DNA from: Planctomycetota bacterium
Lineage (GTDB): Bacteria; Planctomycetota; SZUA-567; H5-PLA8
Length of the DNA stretch: 64,000 nucleotides
Reading direction: 5' to 3'
Assembly: GCA_016200135.1 (NCBI GenBank)
Contig: JACQFI010000044.1
Location: 15,390 to 79,389 of the forward strand
The notes beneath the pieces are model-generated. The model was not told the DNA's origin and searched no databases. It saw only the letters and a list, made by a program, of their open reading frames with translations. Within the stretch, counting starts at the first letter, position 1, and every line of letters begins with the position of its first letter. Made by a program: the position numbers and the translations under genes. Of this stretch, positions 33,805 to 44,300 are shown one piece after another.

Positions 33805-35145
33805 TCATTTCTCCGGCGCGGACTCCGCCTTCACGTTCTTCATCTCGTTCCCTTCCAGCTTCAGGCCCTTCACGTCCTTGCCGATCTTGAAGCCGGGCTT
33901 CTCCGCGGACTTTGAATACCCAATCGTATTCTTGCGGAAGACAAGGTCGTTCGTCTGGCCGAGGATGCGCACGGGCGCGGCATCGGGCTGCTCCAGGCCG
34001 TTGTCCACGATCTCGTTCTCTTCGAAGACGTTGCGGTGCGCGCCCATCGGCTCGTCCTCGTTGCGGAAGAGCACGCCGCTCTTGCCGTTGCCCGCAATGC
34101 GGTTCTTGCGGAAGACGTTGTCGGTGTCCTTGTGCCCGATCGAGATGCCCTGGCCTTTGTTGCCCTCGATCACGTTGTCCTCGAAAACGCCGTCCTTCAC
34201 GCGCCAGCAGACGAAGATTCCGTCGCTCCCGTTATTGAGCGAGCGGTTGCGGCGCAGCACCGGATCGCCCGAGCCGCTGCCGGGATGCAGCCCAAGCTGC
34301 GCGCAGTCTTCCACAAGACAGTCTTCAACCGTGACGTGGTTCGAGACCTGGAACGAGATCCCGTCGCCGTTGTAGCCGCGGACGGTGCTATGGAGAATCG
34401 CGATGCGCTCGCACTCGAAGAGGTAAATGCCGCCGCCACGGCAGCCGTTGAGCGGCTGCGCTTTCGCGCGATTGCCCTCGATGCTTAAGCCCTCGACGCT
34501 TGCATTCTTCACCTGGTATCCGGCGATGACCGGAAACGTCAGCCGCGCCGTGGCCTCCTGGGCGACCATGTAATCGTAGTACAGCGGCGTGGAGATGCGG
34601 AACGTGTTCGCGTCCACCTTGGCAAGCAGCGTCGCCGTGGTAACGCCGAACCCGCCGCCCATGTTCTTGTCCTGCACGCTGATGCCGTCGCCGCTGCGGA
34701 AAACCGAGGCGTCCGCCAGCGTTACTTGCCGCTCGTTGCAGTCGCCATCGAGCTTCAAACGCGTCTCCGCGCCGTCGCATGCGGAGAAAATAGTTTTGCC
34801 GTGCGTGCCGGTGACGTGGACGCCGTTTCTCAGGAACAGCGCGTTGCGCATCGTGTAACGGCCGGGTTCGACGCGCACCACGCCGCCGCCCAGGTTGGCG
34901 ACGTAATCCACCGCCGCCTGAAGCGCGCGGTGATCGTTGCCACGGATATCGCCTTCGTCCTGGCCGACGGTGATCTCGACGGGTGCATGCATGGCCTGGT
35001 CTCCTCGAACGGCAACGGCGTTCGCGTTGGAAGCGTTTGCGCCGTTCGTCCCATTCGCCTCGCGGTTCTTGTTGGCTTCTTCGGCCGCGCGCGCGGGTCC
35101 GAAGAGAAAGAACATCGCCAGCAGCGCAACGCACATCCTTCGCAT
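33805..35145 (-). CDS. Secreted right-handed parallel beta-helix repeat protein (pectate-lyase-fold)
   Basis: Signal peptide MRRMCVALLAMFFLFGPARA. It has repeated NxxxxN/GNxGxGI motifs typical of PbH1 repeats (NVIEGNKGQGISIGH, NRIAGNGKSGVLFRN). Confidence 0.75.
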   Translation of the reverse strand: MRRMCVALLAMFFLFGPARAAEEANKNREANGTNGANASNANAVAVRGDQAMHAPVEITVGQDEGDIRGNDHRALQAAVDYVANLGGGVVRVEPGRYTMRNALFLRNGVHVTGTHGKTIFSACDGAETRLKLDGDCNERQVTLADASVFRSGDGISVQDKNMGGGFGVTTATLLAKVDANTFRISTPLYYDYMVAQEATARLTFPVIAGYQVKNASVEGLSIEGNRAKAQPLNGCRGGGIYLFECERIAILHSTVRGYNGDGISFQVSNHVTVEDCLVEDCAQLGLHPGSGSGDPVLRRNRSLNNGSDGIFVCWRVKDGVFEDNVIEGNKGQGISIGHKDTDNVFRKNRIAGNGKSGVLFRNEDEPMGAHRNVFEENEIVDNGLEQPDAAPVRILGQTNDLVFRKNTIGYSKSAEKPGFKIGKDVKGLKLEGNEMKNVKAESAPEK

Positions 35146-35181
35146 GGGCCGTCTCCTTCCTGAAGAACGTATGGAACGGCG

Positions 35182-38100
35182 TCAGCTCTTCATGATGTCT
35201 TCGACGGCGAAGGGCGCGTCCGGTTTCTCCTTATTTGCCTGCTCGATCTTGGCCCGGCTGCTCACGACGCACACGCCGCCCCGGTCGAAGTTCCGCTCCA
35301 GCAGTTCCAGCACTGCGCGCTTCGCCGACTCCGGCGTGACCTGCATGTAGGCCGAGTGGCGCTGTTCGCGCAGTTCCGGCGTATCGCCATTCACGTGGCG
35401 CCAGAGGGCGTTATTGGTCGCCTCCGCGGGCCGGATGGGCCGTTCGCCGTGCTTGGCGGTGCCGATGATCGCGCGGCCGATGTCGGTCTGCGTCCACTTG
35501 GCGTTCTTGACGTGCTCGAGCAGCCCGCGGAACGTCGCGTACGTACGCGTGATCCACGGGTCGCGGTACGAGTAGAATTGCCAGGTGCGGTCGACGCCGT
35601 TGTACGCGGCGCCGCCGCCGTACGCGCCGCCCTTCACGCGCACTTCCTCCCACATGTAGCCCAGACTGAGCAGGCGGCTCGCCACGACCAGCACCGGCGA
35701 GTCCGGATGCGAGATGTGCGGCGCGGGCAGCACCTGCGTGCAGTAGGCGACTTCCATCGGCGCGGCCAGGCCCTCGCGACGGCCGGTGGGTTCGGGCTGG
35801 AAGGGCGCTTCTGCAGACGGTACGGCTTCGTCCCGCATCTGGCCGGTCCAGCCTTCCAGGGCCTTGCGGAACTTCGCGTAGACCGCGTCCGAGCCCGTAA
35901 ACGAGGCCGCGATGCGGCTGCGCGAGCGCATGAAATCGCGGATGCGCGTCAGGCTCTCCGTCAGCGCGGGCTGCTCCGTGTCGAACTTCTCGCACAGGCG
36001 TTCCACCAGCCGCGTCTGCGGCAGGCCGCCCAGCACTTCGGCCAGCCGCGCCTCGCGGCTGAACCCCCGAGCCGCATGCCGCACCGCCATGTCAAGGCCG
36101 CCCGAGACCAGCGAGCTGCGGTGCGCGGACTTCGTCTGCAAGAGCACGTCCTTCAGCCGCGCGGCGTCGCGCGGATCGACTTCCAGGAACAGGTCGCGGA
36201 AGACCGCGAGCGCATGGTCCGCCTTCTCGTCCAGGAACTTCATCGTAAAGCGGCCGCGGCGCATCGAACGCGACGGCTCCGAGACGTGCGAGTTCACGTA
36301 GGCGTAGAAGCGGATTCCGCCGGTGTGCGCCGCCGCGCGCTCCGAGATCTTCACCCAGTCCTGTCCCGCCGCGCCCATTTTGGCGACCGTGTCGCTGTAG
36401 AGCGACAGGTACGAGTAGAGTTCGTCCGGCAGGCCGGCCAGGTCCACGTCGAGGTGCAGATAGCTGACGCCGTTCGAGAAGACGTCGTTGCGCAGCACGG
36501 GCACGCCGTTCGGCAGCGGCTCGATGCTCGTTGGGATATGCCGCGGCTTCGCCGGCAGGTCGCTCACTTTAAGCTGCGGGAGCGTCGCCAGCGCCTCGGG
36601 CGAATTCGGCTTGCCCTGCAGCGCTTCCAGGGTCTTCGCGTCCTTCTCGATCCGCACCAGGTCCCGCTCTTTGAGTTTGGACTTCAGCTTCTTCATGCGC
36701 TGCGCGAACTTCGCGTCCTTGCGCGATTGCATCTTGCGGTCGGGCACGGCGGTCATGACCACGCGGTGCGGGTTCTCGATCAGCCGCTCGCGGATCAGCC
36801 GCCCGAAATAGTCCGGATCCGCCGCGTAACGCCGCTTCAGTTCGTCCAGCAGTTCGTCCGCGCGCAGGAAGGCCAGCGGGTCCGCGCCGTAGATCCACGT
36901 CGCGTACGCGCGGTCCATCTGCCAGAGCGGGAACATCGACTGGATCTCGAGGTATTTGTAGGAGATCTGCTGAAACGCCGATTCGATCGCATCCTTCGGC
37001 AGGCCGCCGCTCGCGAACTTCTCCAGCGTCGCGAAGACCAGCTTGCGGAACTTGCCCAGCCGCGAGGCCTCGCTGCCTTTCAGGCCCAGCGAGAAAGTGC
37101 TCTCCAGCATGCCCGCAGAAAAACCGCTCTCGGACAGGTCCTCGCCCAGTTTCGAGTCGATCAGCGCCTTGCGCAGCGGCGCGGCCGAGTTGCCCAACAT
37201 GGCGTAGTCGAGCACCGAGAGCGACAGCACATCCAGCGGTTCTGTGCCGCTGCCCACGATCCAGGCCATCGTCAGGAAGGTCTTGCCCTTCGTCGAGTCC
37301 TTGGGCCCCACGGGATAGGGCTTGCGGAGGGCCTTCTCTTTCTTCCAGCGTTTCTGCAGCGGGATCGCCGTGTCGATCTTGCGCCGTGAGTAGCCGTCGA
37401 GTTCCTTCTTCAGAAACGCGAGGTGCTCCTCGGTCGGGATGTCGCCGTAAAGAAAGATGAACGAGTTGCTCGGATGGTAGAGGTCCTTGTAGAAGCGCTT
37501 GAAGTCCCGGTAGGTCAGGTCGGGGATCTTTTCCGGATCGCCGCCGGAGTCCTTGCCGTAGGGCGTGTCGGGGAAGAGCGCCTTCTGCATCTGATTATCG
37601 ACGTAGGCGTCGGCTTCGGAGTACGCGCCTTTCATCTCGTTGTAGACGATGCCCTTCACCAGCGGCATGGACTTCTTCAGGTCGCTCGCGCCGATGTCCT
37701 TCTTCTGGCCGTTTCCGTTTTTGCCGTTCTTTCCGTTTTTGCCGTTCGGAACTTCGAGTTTCAGGTGGTGGCCTTCCTGCTTGAAGGTGTTCTCGGTCAG
37801 GCGCGGGTGGAAGACGGCGTCGCAGTAGACCGTGGCCAGGTTGTAGAAGTCCTTCTTCACGTTGCTGGAAACCGGGTAGACGGTCTTGTCCGAGTACGTC
37901 ATGGCGTTGATGAACGTCGCCATGCTCGACTTCACCAGTTCCACGAACGGGTCCTTCACCGGGAAGCGCTTTGAGCCCGCCAGCACCGAGTGTTCGAGGA
38001 TATGCGGCAGGCCCGTGTCGTCCCGCGGCGGCGTGCGGAAGCCGATGCAGAAGAGGTTCTCGGCATCGCTGTTGTGGACGTGCAGCAGCCGCGCGCCGGA

Positions 38101-38223
38101 CTTGAGATGTTCCAGTTCGTAGGCCACGGAGCGCAGGTTCTTCAGCGGCGTGACCTTCCGCACCGCGAAACCGAGTTTCGTCTCGCCGGGCTGAAGGGTG
38201 GTTTCGGGCAGCTTGTTCTGCAT
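35182..38223 (-). CDS. M16C-family zinc metallopeptidase (presequence-protease/PreP-like, ~1,000 aa)
   Basis: Inverted zinc motif HILEHSVLAG...E near the N-terminus, length ~1,013 aa. It has an internal NGKNGKNGKNGNG insertion. Confidence 0.85.
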   Translation of the reverse strand: MQNKLPETTLQPGETKLGFAVRKVTPLKNLRSVAYELEHLKSGARLLHVHNSDAENLFCIGFRTPPRDDTGLPHILEHSVLAGSKRFPVKDPFVELVKSSMATFINAMTYSDKTVYPVSSNVKKDFYNLATVYCDAVFHPRLTENTFKQEGHHLKLEVPNGKNGKNGKNGNGQKKDIGASDLKKSMPLVKGIVYNEMKGAYSEADAYVDNQMQKALFPDTPYGKDSGGDPEKIPDLTYRDFKRFYKDLYHPSNSFIFLYGDIPTEEHLAFLKKELDGYSRRKIDTAIPLQKRWKKEKALRKPYPVGPKDSTKGKTFLTMAWIVGSGTEPLDVLSLSVLDYAMLGNSAAPLRKALIDSKLGEDLSESGFSAGMLESTFSLGLKGSEASRLGKFRKLVFATLEKFASGGLPKDAIESAFQQISYKYLEIQSMFPLWQMDRAYATWIYGADPLAFLRADELLDELKRRYAADPDYFGRLIRERLIENPHRVVMTAVPDRKMQSRKDAKFAQRMKKLKSKLKERDLVRIEKDAKTLEALQGKPNSPEALATLPQLKVSDLPAKPRHIPTSIEPLPNGVPVLRNDVFSNGVSYLHLDVDLAGLPDELYSYLSLYSDTVAKMGAAGQDWVKISERAAAHTGGIRFYAYVNSHVSEPSRSMRRGRFTMKFLDEKADHALAVFRDLFLEVDPRDAARLKDVLLQTKSAHRSSLVSGGLDMAVRHAARGFSREARLAEVLGGLPQTRLVERLCEKFDTEQPALTESLTRIRDFMRSRSRIAASFTGSDAVYAKFRKALEGWTGQMRDEAVPSAEAPFQPEPTGRREGLAAPMEVAYCTQVLPAPHISHPDSPVLVVASRLLSLGYMWEEVRVKGGAYGGGAAYNGVDRTWQFYSYRDPWITRTYATFRGLLEHVKNAKWTQTDIGRAIIGTAKHGERPIRPAEATNNALWRHVNGDTPELREQRHSAYMQVTPESAKRAVLELLERNFDRGGVCVVSSRAKIEQANKEKPDAPFAVEDIMKS

Positions 38224-38432
38224 ATTGGGCGTTATCCTTTTCTTGGCCGTTGCGGCCGGGTGCAGAAGGGTTTATCCGCATCGCCCGCGCGCGCAAATGC
38301 ACATGACGGACGGCCACGGAGCGACATAATCGTACGGCAAATCCGAAATACGAATCTCGAAGCACGAAACCGTGCGGAGCTTTCGAGATGGTATCGGATT
38401 TCGAGTTTCGCTATTCGGGTTGGGAGTAAACG

Positions 38433-39125
38433 ATGAAGCTTCAGGCGTTCCTTTTCGATTTCGACGGCGTACTGGGCAAGAGCGAGGACCTGCACCACAA
38501 GGTCTACAACCGCGTCCTCAAGACGCTGGGCTTCTCGCTCTCCGTCGAAGACTACACCTCGCGCTACATCCACCACGACGACCCCGGCCTCTTCCGCACG
38601 CTCAACAAGGACCGCAAGTTCGGCTGGTCGGAGGAGAAGGTGCAGGAGCTCAGCGAGCAAGCCCGCCGCTGGTTCCTGGACGAGATGGGCTCCAAGGACA
38701 TCCTTTATCCGGGCATGAAGGACCTGGTCTTGAAACTTAGCGCCCGCATGCCCCTGGGCATCGTCAGCATGGGCGACCGGCGCATGATCGAGAAGGCCCT
38801 CGAGAACGCCAAGATCGCGGGGCTCTTTCAGGCCATCGTCTGCGCCGACGACGTCAAGTTCCCCAAGCCGCACCCCGAGCCCTACCGCCGCGGCCTCGAA
38901 CTGCTCAACGCGGCCGGCGCCAAGCTCGGCCTTGAGCCGGCCCTGCCGGAGCATTGTGCGGTCCTCGAAGACTCCGCCGGCGGCGTGCTCTCGGGCAAGG
39001 CCGCGGGCATGATGGTCTTCGCCCTCAAGCACAACCAGTCCGCCAAGGTCCTCCGTGAAGCCCGCGCCGACCATGTCCTCGATTCCATCGCCGCGCTGAA
39101 AACGTTTTTGGGCTTGGACAACTGA
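38433..39125 (+). CDS. HAD-superfamily hydrolase (subfamily IA, beta-phosphoglucomutase/phosphatase-like)
   Basis: Motif I FDFDGVL, motif II-like region, motif IV EDSAGGV. A GGGAG RBS lies upstream. Confidence 0.8.
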   Translation: MKLQAFLFDFDGVLGKSEDLHHKVYNRVLKTLGFSLSVEDYTSRYIHHDDPGLFRTLNKDRKFGWSEEKVQELSEQARRWFLDEMGSKDILYPGMKDLVLKLSARMPLGIVSMGDRRMIEKALENAKIAGLFQAIVCADDVKFPKPHPEPYRRGLELLNAAGAKLGLEPALPEHCAVLEDSAGGVLSGKAAGMMVFALKHNQSAKVLREARADHVLDSIAALKTFLGLDN

Positions 39126-39270
39126 CCGTTAGTCCGCCGCAACCTTTTAGACACCCTCAGTTTGCGTATGTCGAGCCGCTTGACGAGGCGTTGGGGAAAC
39201 CGTATCAATCAATACGTTATGATGCGGCCAAGCGTTTAGAAAACGTGGATGTCGAGGTCCTCCGAACGCG

Positions 39271-40215
39271 ATGAAGAATATCCCGCGCATCCTCCTCCTC
39301 GACAAGGACGCCAACACGCGCAAACTCCTGGCCGCGGTGCTTCAAGGCGCGGACGAAGCCGATATCCGCGAAGCCGCCACACACGCGGACGGCTTGGCGC
39401 TCGTAAAAGGCAGTCCCAGTACAGACCTCGTCATTCTCGACCCGGCCAGCATCTCTAAACGGGGCTCAGAAGCGATCGGAGACTTTCGCGCGGCCGGCCC
39501 CGGCGTGCCCGTGCTCGTGGTCTCGAAAGTCCAGAACGAGAAGTCCCTCGCCCGCGCGATGGAACTCGGCGCGGACGACTACCTGGTCAAGCCCGCGGAC
39601 ATTATCGAGTTCCGCAAGGCCGTCGCGCGCCTCTTGCAGGAACGCCGCGACATCCTGGCCGCCAGCAACGCCAACGATCCCGCGCGTTCCAGCCTCCTGA
39701 TCCGCTCCGAAGGCGAGGGCATGCTCGTCGAGGTCTCCGCGCCTTCGGGTTCCATGCACATCGCCCGCTTCGAACGCTTCGTGAACCGCCTGGTGGCCCT
39801 GAACCTGACCTCCGAGGAGAGTCTCAAGCTGCGCCTGGCGCTCGAAGAAGTCATCACCAACGCCAAGGAATGGGGCAACCGCGGCGATCTGAAGAAACTC
39901 ATCCGCATGTCCTACTGTCTCCTGCCCGACCGCCTCACCTTCCGCGTCGAAGACCAAGGCGAAGGCTTCGACCCAAGCACGATCCCCGATCCCACGCTGG
40001 ACCCGTTGAGCCACGTGCGCGACCGCCGGGCCAGCGGCAAGCGCGTCGGCGGCTGGGGCATCCTGCTCGCGCGAAAATCCGTGGATGAAGTAGCCTACAA
40101 TCGCAAAGGCAACGTCGTCTTTCTGACCAAGTACCTGCGCCGACCGGCGGACCCGAGTCAGACCGGCTCGGAGTCCGGCCATTCGGCCAAACCCAAGGCC
40201 GGGGCCGGCGCGTAA
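39271..40215 (+). CDS. Response-regulator receiver domain fused to GHKL/HATPase_c (RsbW-like anti-sigma-factor kinase) domain
   Basis: REC features (ILLLDKD, DLVILDPAS, LVVSKV, K-containing LGADDYLVKP) followed by an RsbW-like ATPase (EEVITNAKEWG...GGWGILLARKSVDEV). Confidence 0.75.
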   Translation: MKNIPRILLLDKDANTRKLLAAVLQGADEADIREAATHADGLALVKGSPSTDLVILDPASISKRGSEAIGDFRAAGPGVPVLVVSKVQNEKSLARAMELGADDYLVKPADIIEFRKAVARLLQERRDILAASNANDPARSSLLIRSEGEGMLVEVSAPSGSMHIARFERFVNRLVALNLTSEESLKLRLALEEVITNAKEWGNRGDLKKLIRMSYCLLPDRLTFRVEDQGEGFDPSTIPDPTLDPLSHVRDRRASGKRVGGWGILLARKSVDEVAYNRKGNVVFLTKYLRRPADPSQTGSESGHSAKPKAGAGA

Positions 40216-40255
40216 GCCAGTGGAGCTGGGAAATCCCTGCAACAGGAGGTTCGAG

Positions 40256-41227
40256 ATGCCGGACGTGGTAGCCGTGGACCTGGGCGGGACGAACATCCGC
40301 GCCGCACGCGTCGATGCCGCGGGCAAGGTGCTCGGGCGCGATAAGATCTCCACCTTGGCCGAAGAAGGCATGGGCGCCGTCGTCAAACGCATGGCCGACC
40401 TCGTCAACCGCGTGCGCGGCCCCGAGACCGTCGCCATCGGCATCGGCACGCCCGGCACGCCCGATCCCGATACCGGCGTAATGAAGTCCCGCGCGGTCAA
40501 CATCCCCGACAGCCAGGGCTTTCCCCTCTGCCCGGAACTCAAGAAGATTACCGGCCTCACCGCCGGCGCCGACAACGACGGCAACCTCGCCGCGCTGGGC
40601 GAATACTGGCTCGGCGCGGCCCGCGGCGAGCACATTGTCCTGCTCTTCACGCTCGGCACGGGCATCGGCGGCGCCTGTGTCATCGACGGCCTCGTCTATC
40701 ACGGACACTCCAATCTCGGCACCGAGTTCGGCCACGTCACCATCGACCTGAACGGCCGCAAGTGCCCCTGCGGCTGCGTCGGCTGCCTCGAACAGTACGC
40801 CTCCGCCGCCGCCGTCGGCCGCGACGCCCGCGAGGCCCTCGCCAAAGGCGGCAAGGACGCCCAGGCCAGCCTGCTCTGGAAACTCTGCAGCGGCGATCCG
40901 CAAAAGGCCGATGCGAAGATGGTTTGCGACGCCGCCCGCGACGGCGACGCCTTCGCTTCGCGCCTGCTCGACACCGGCTGCGACTATCTCGCCGCGGGCG
41001 TAGGCTCACTCATGAACGCCTTCAATCCGAGTTGCGTCATTCTCGGCGGCGGCATGGCCCTCGCGGGAGACGTAGTGCTCGGCCGCGTGCGCAAGCGCCT
41101 GGACGCGGGCCGCGCCTACGCGCCCATCGCCCGTGACGCTAAGCTTGTGGCGGCGACGCTCGGTGACGATGCGGGCCTGATCGGCGCGGCACGCTTTGCG
41201 TTCCAAAAGGCGGGCGTGCGCGTTTGA
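40256..41227 (+). CDS. ROK-family sugar kinase (glucokinase-like)
   Basis: Perfect AGGAGG RBS. N-terminal VAVDLGGTNIRAA, DNDGNLAALGE, and the ROK zinc motif GHxxxxxxCPCGCVGCLE. Confidence 0.85.
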   Translation: MPDVVAVDLGGTNIRAARVDAAGKVLGRDKISTLAEEGMGAVVKRMADLVNRVRGPETVAIGIGTPGTPDPDTGVMKSRAVNIPDSQGFPLCPELKKITGLTAGADNDGNLAALGEYWLGAARGEHIVLLFTLGTGIGGACVIDGLVYHGHSNLGTEFGHVTIDLNGRKCPCGCVGCLEQYASAAAVGRDAREALAKGGKDAQASLLWKLCSGDPQKADAKMVCDAARDGDAFASRLLDTGCDYLAAGVGSLMNAFNPSCVILGGGMALAGDVVLGRVRKRLDAGRAYAPIARDAKLVAATLGDDAGLIGAARFAFQKAGVRV

Positions 41228-41338
41228 CCTTCTTCGAGGTATACAAAAGTAGTTTGAATTGTGCATTTCTGCGGTAGGTTCAACCGTCAGTGCCCATAAA
41301 CGTTGCGTTATCAGGGTGTCCTTTTAGGGGGGGACCCC

Positions 41339-44300
41339 ATGAGCAGTATGATCGTCATATGCGCAGGGTGCGGCAAGAAGTACAAGGGCGCGCCCAGCCA
41401 GAAGAAGTTCAAGTGCGGCCAATGCGCCAATCTCTACACGTTTCCGGTCGGCGCGCAGTCGCCCGGACCCGGCAAGCTTCTCTGTTCCTGCTGTTGGATG
41501 CAGCACGCCAATACGCCGGCCCTCAAAGAGTGCTCTCAATGCAAGCAAAAGATCTCCTCCAAGTTTGTGGGCAAGGCCCTCTGGATTGCGTCGCTTCCGG
41601 CCAATGAAGTCGAAGGCGACGAGAGCGGCGGCGGTACGGCGCCCAAGTCTCCGGCGAAGCCCAGTTCCGTCTTCCTCAAGCAATCGCCCTTGGCGGCCGG
41701 CGGCGCGAAGCTCTCCAACCCCGGCTTGAAGGTAGCGCCGCCCGCGGGCCCCAAACCCTCAACCCCGGGCGTTAAGGCCGCGCCTGCAGCGCCCGCAACC
41801 GCTTCGCGTGTGGGACCTGCCACGGGGCCTGCCCCTGCAGCCGTCACGCCGTCTTCGGCAGCGCTCAAGAGCGCTCCGGCTCCGGCAGGCGCCTCGCGCG
41901 TCGGCGCGGCGGCTCCCGCGCCCCGGCCGTCTTCCGCGGGGTTCAGGGCCACGCCCACGCCTGCGAGTGGCACTCGAGTTGTTCCAAGCGCGCCCAAGGC
42001 CAACACGGGACTGGACATCTTTCCCAAGCCCGCGCCGGCTCCGGTCAGGATCTCCAGCGCGGGCCTGAACGCGGTGCCGCCCAAGGCGCCTGCGCAGGCT
42101 CAAAATGTAGATGCCGATATATCCTCGATCTCTTCCTTCTTCGACGACGCCGACAAGGGTCCCATGAAGCCCTTGGCCGAGCCTAAGAAGGAGGAATCCT
42201 CGGCGGCCATCGATCCCACTCTCGCCGCCGCGGTGCTCAAAGAAGAACTCAAGGCGACCAAGTCGTCGGCCTCCAAGTCGGCCGTGCCTGCGGTAAAGAT
42301 GCCGGCGTCGGCCAAGTCCTTCGCCGGCGGCCTGCTCGGCCAGCTCTCCGCGCCTTCCACCACTTCCAATCGCGCCCCTGTGCCCAGCACCGATCTCGAA
42401 ACGCGCCTGATGCACGAGATCAAGCATGCCGAGCAGCTCTGGCGCGACCTTGAAGCCGCGCGCAAGGCTCTAAAGGAAAAAGGCGGCCCGTCCGCGGGCA
42501 TCGCCGAGTTCCAGGAGCGCCTCCTCGCCAAGGATCGCGAGCTCTCGCAGGCCCGCGCGGCGCTCGACGAGAACCGCAAGAAGCTCGCCACGCTCCCCAA
42601 GCTGGAAGCGAAGCTTGCCGCCGAGACCGAGGCGCGCGAGGTCGCCCACCAGGCGCTCGAAGAATCCGAGAAGGCGATGCAGCAGTTCGAGACGCGCATC
42701 GCCGAGCTCGAAGCGCAGCTCAAGAGCGCCCCTGCCGCGCCGGCAGCCGATCCCGCAGAACTCGCGCAGGCGCGCGCGGACCTCGAGGAGAAGGCGGCCC
42801 AAGCCGCCGATCTCGAAGGGCAGCTCGCCGCCGACCGCCAGGCGCTCGACGTGGCCATGCAGGAGAAAGAGACCGCCGAGGACGCGCGCTTCAAGCTTGA
42901 AGTCCGCCTTGCGGAGACCGAGAAGAAGCTCGCCGAAATCCAGAATCAGGCCGCCGCGTCCAGCCAAGCCGGAGAGGCCGCGAAGCAGCTCGAGGACGAA
43001 CTGAGCCGCGCGAGCAAGGCCGCCGAGGAAAACGCCGCCGCCGCCGAACAGGCCCGCCAGGAACAGGAAGCCGCCTTCAAGGAACTCGAGGCCGCGCAGA
43101 AGGCCCTCGAAGACGCGCGCGCGGCCGCGGCCTTGGCCGCGGAAGAGTTCGAACGCAAGCTCGACGACGAGCGCCGCGCCAAAGCGGGCGTCGAGATCGC
43201 GCTCAAGGCCGCCGAAGAGGGACGCGCCGGCGAAGAGACGGGCCGCAAAGGCCTCGAAGCCCGCGTCACCGAGCTCGAACAGCAGCTCGCGTCCGCCCAA
43301 GAACACCTGGAGTCCGTGCGGCGCGCCGCGGAGTCTTCCCAGGCCGCCACCGTGGAGCTCGAGAAAGCCCAGAAGGACATCGAGGCCTTCCAGTCCACGG
43401 TCTCCGCGCTTACGACGCAGTTCGAGGAGGAAAAGCGGGCCCGCGAGGCCTCCGAGAAACTGCAAGCCGCGGCCGAAAACGCGCGCGAAGCGGCCGAGTC
43501 GCGCCTGAAGGACCAGCAGACCCGGCTCACCGAGACCCAGAGCCAGCTTGCGGGCATGCAGCGCTTCGAGGAAGAGCTTGCGCAGGTCCGTCTCGAGCGC
43601 GACAAGCTCCAGGCCAAGGCCGATGAGCTCGACCAGCGCCTCGCCGAGGAACTCAAGTCCGGCGAGACCTTCCGCCTGGAATGGAACAAGCAGTCGCAGC
43701 TCCGCAAGACGCAGGACGCCAAGCTCGAAGAACTCAAGGACCAGTTCGACGCCGAGAAGCAGGCCAAGGACGCGGCCGTAGCTCAGCGCTACGAGTTCGA
43801 GACCAAGATCAAGCAGCTCGAAGGCGACCTCAACGAGCTTCAGAAAACCTACGCCGAAGACCGCAAAACGCTCGAAGAGCAGCAGCACCAGCTCGACACT
43901 GCCTCCGCCTCAAAGGACGAACTGGAACGCAAGCTCGCTGAGGCCGAAAAGGCCCTGGCCGAGGCCCGCGCGGCGCAGGAGGCCACCGGCAAGGCCCAGG
44001 CCGGCGCCGACCAGGCCCGCCAGGAGTTCGAGCAGAAGGCCGCCGAACTTCAGCAGTCGCTAGGCGCCGCGCAAAAGGAATGCGACGACGCCAAAGGCGA
44101 GATCGAGAAGCTCACGAAATTCCGCGAGGGCCTGGAAGCGCAAGTCAAGGAACTGCGCGCCGCCGCTCAGGCAGCCCCGGCAGGCGCGGCAGGCTCGCCT
44201 CCGGCCGCCACGGCCGGCGGCTCCGTCGAAGTTGAGGAACTCCGCAAGCAGATCGACATCCAGCAGGCCGAGGCCATCCAGGCCAAGGGGCTGCTCGCCG

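Noticed and set aside
35356-37389. 677-aa plus-strand ORF opposite the M16 peptidase
   Set aside because: Antisense artefact. The minus strand has the HxxEH zinc motif and full M16C length.
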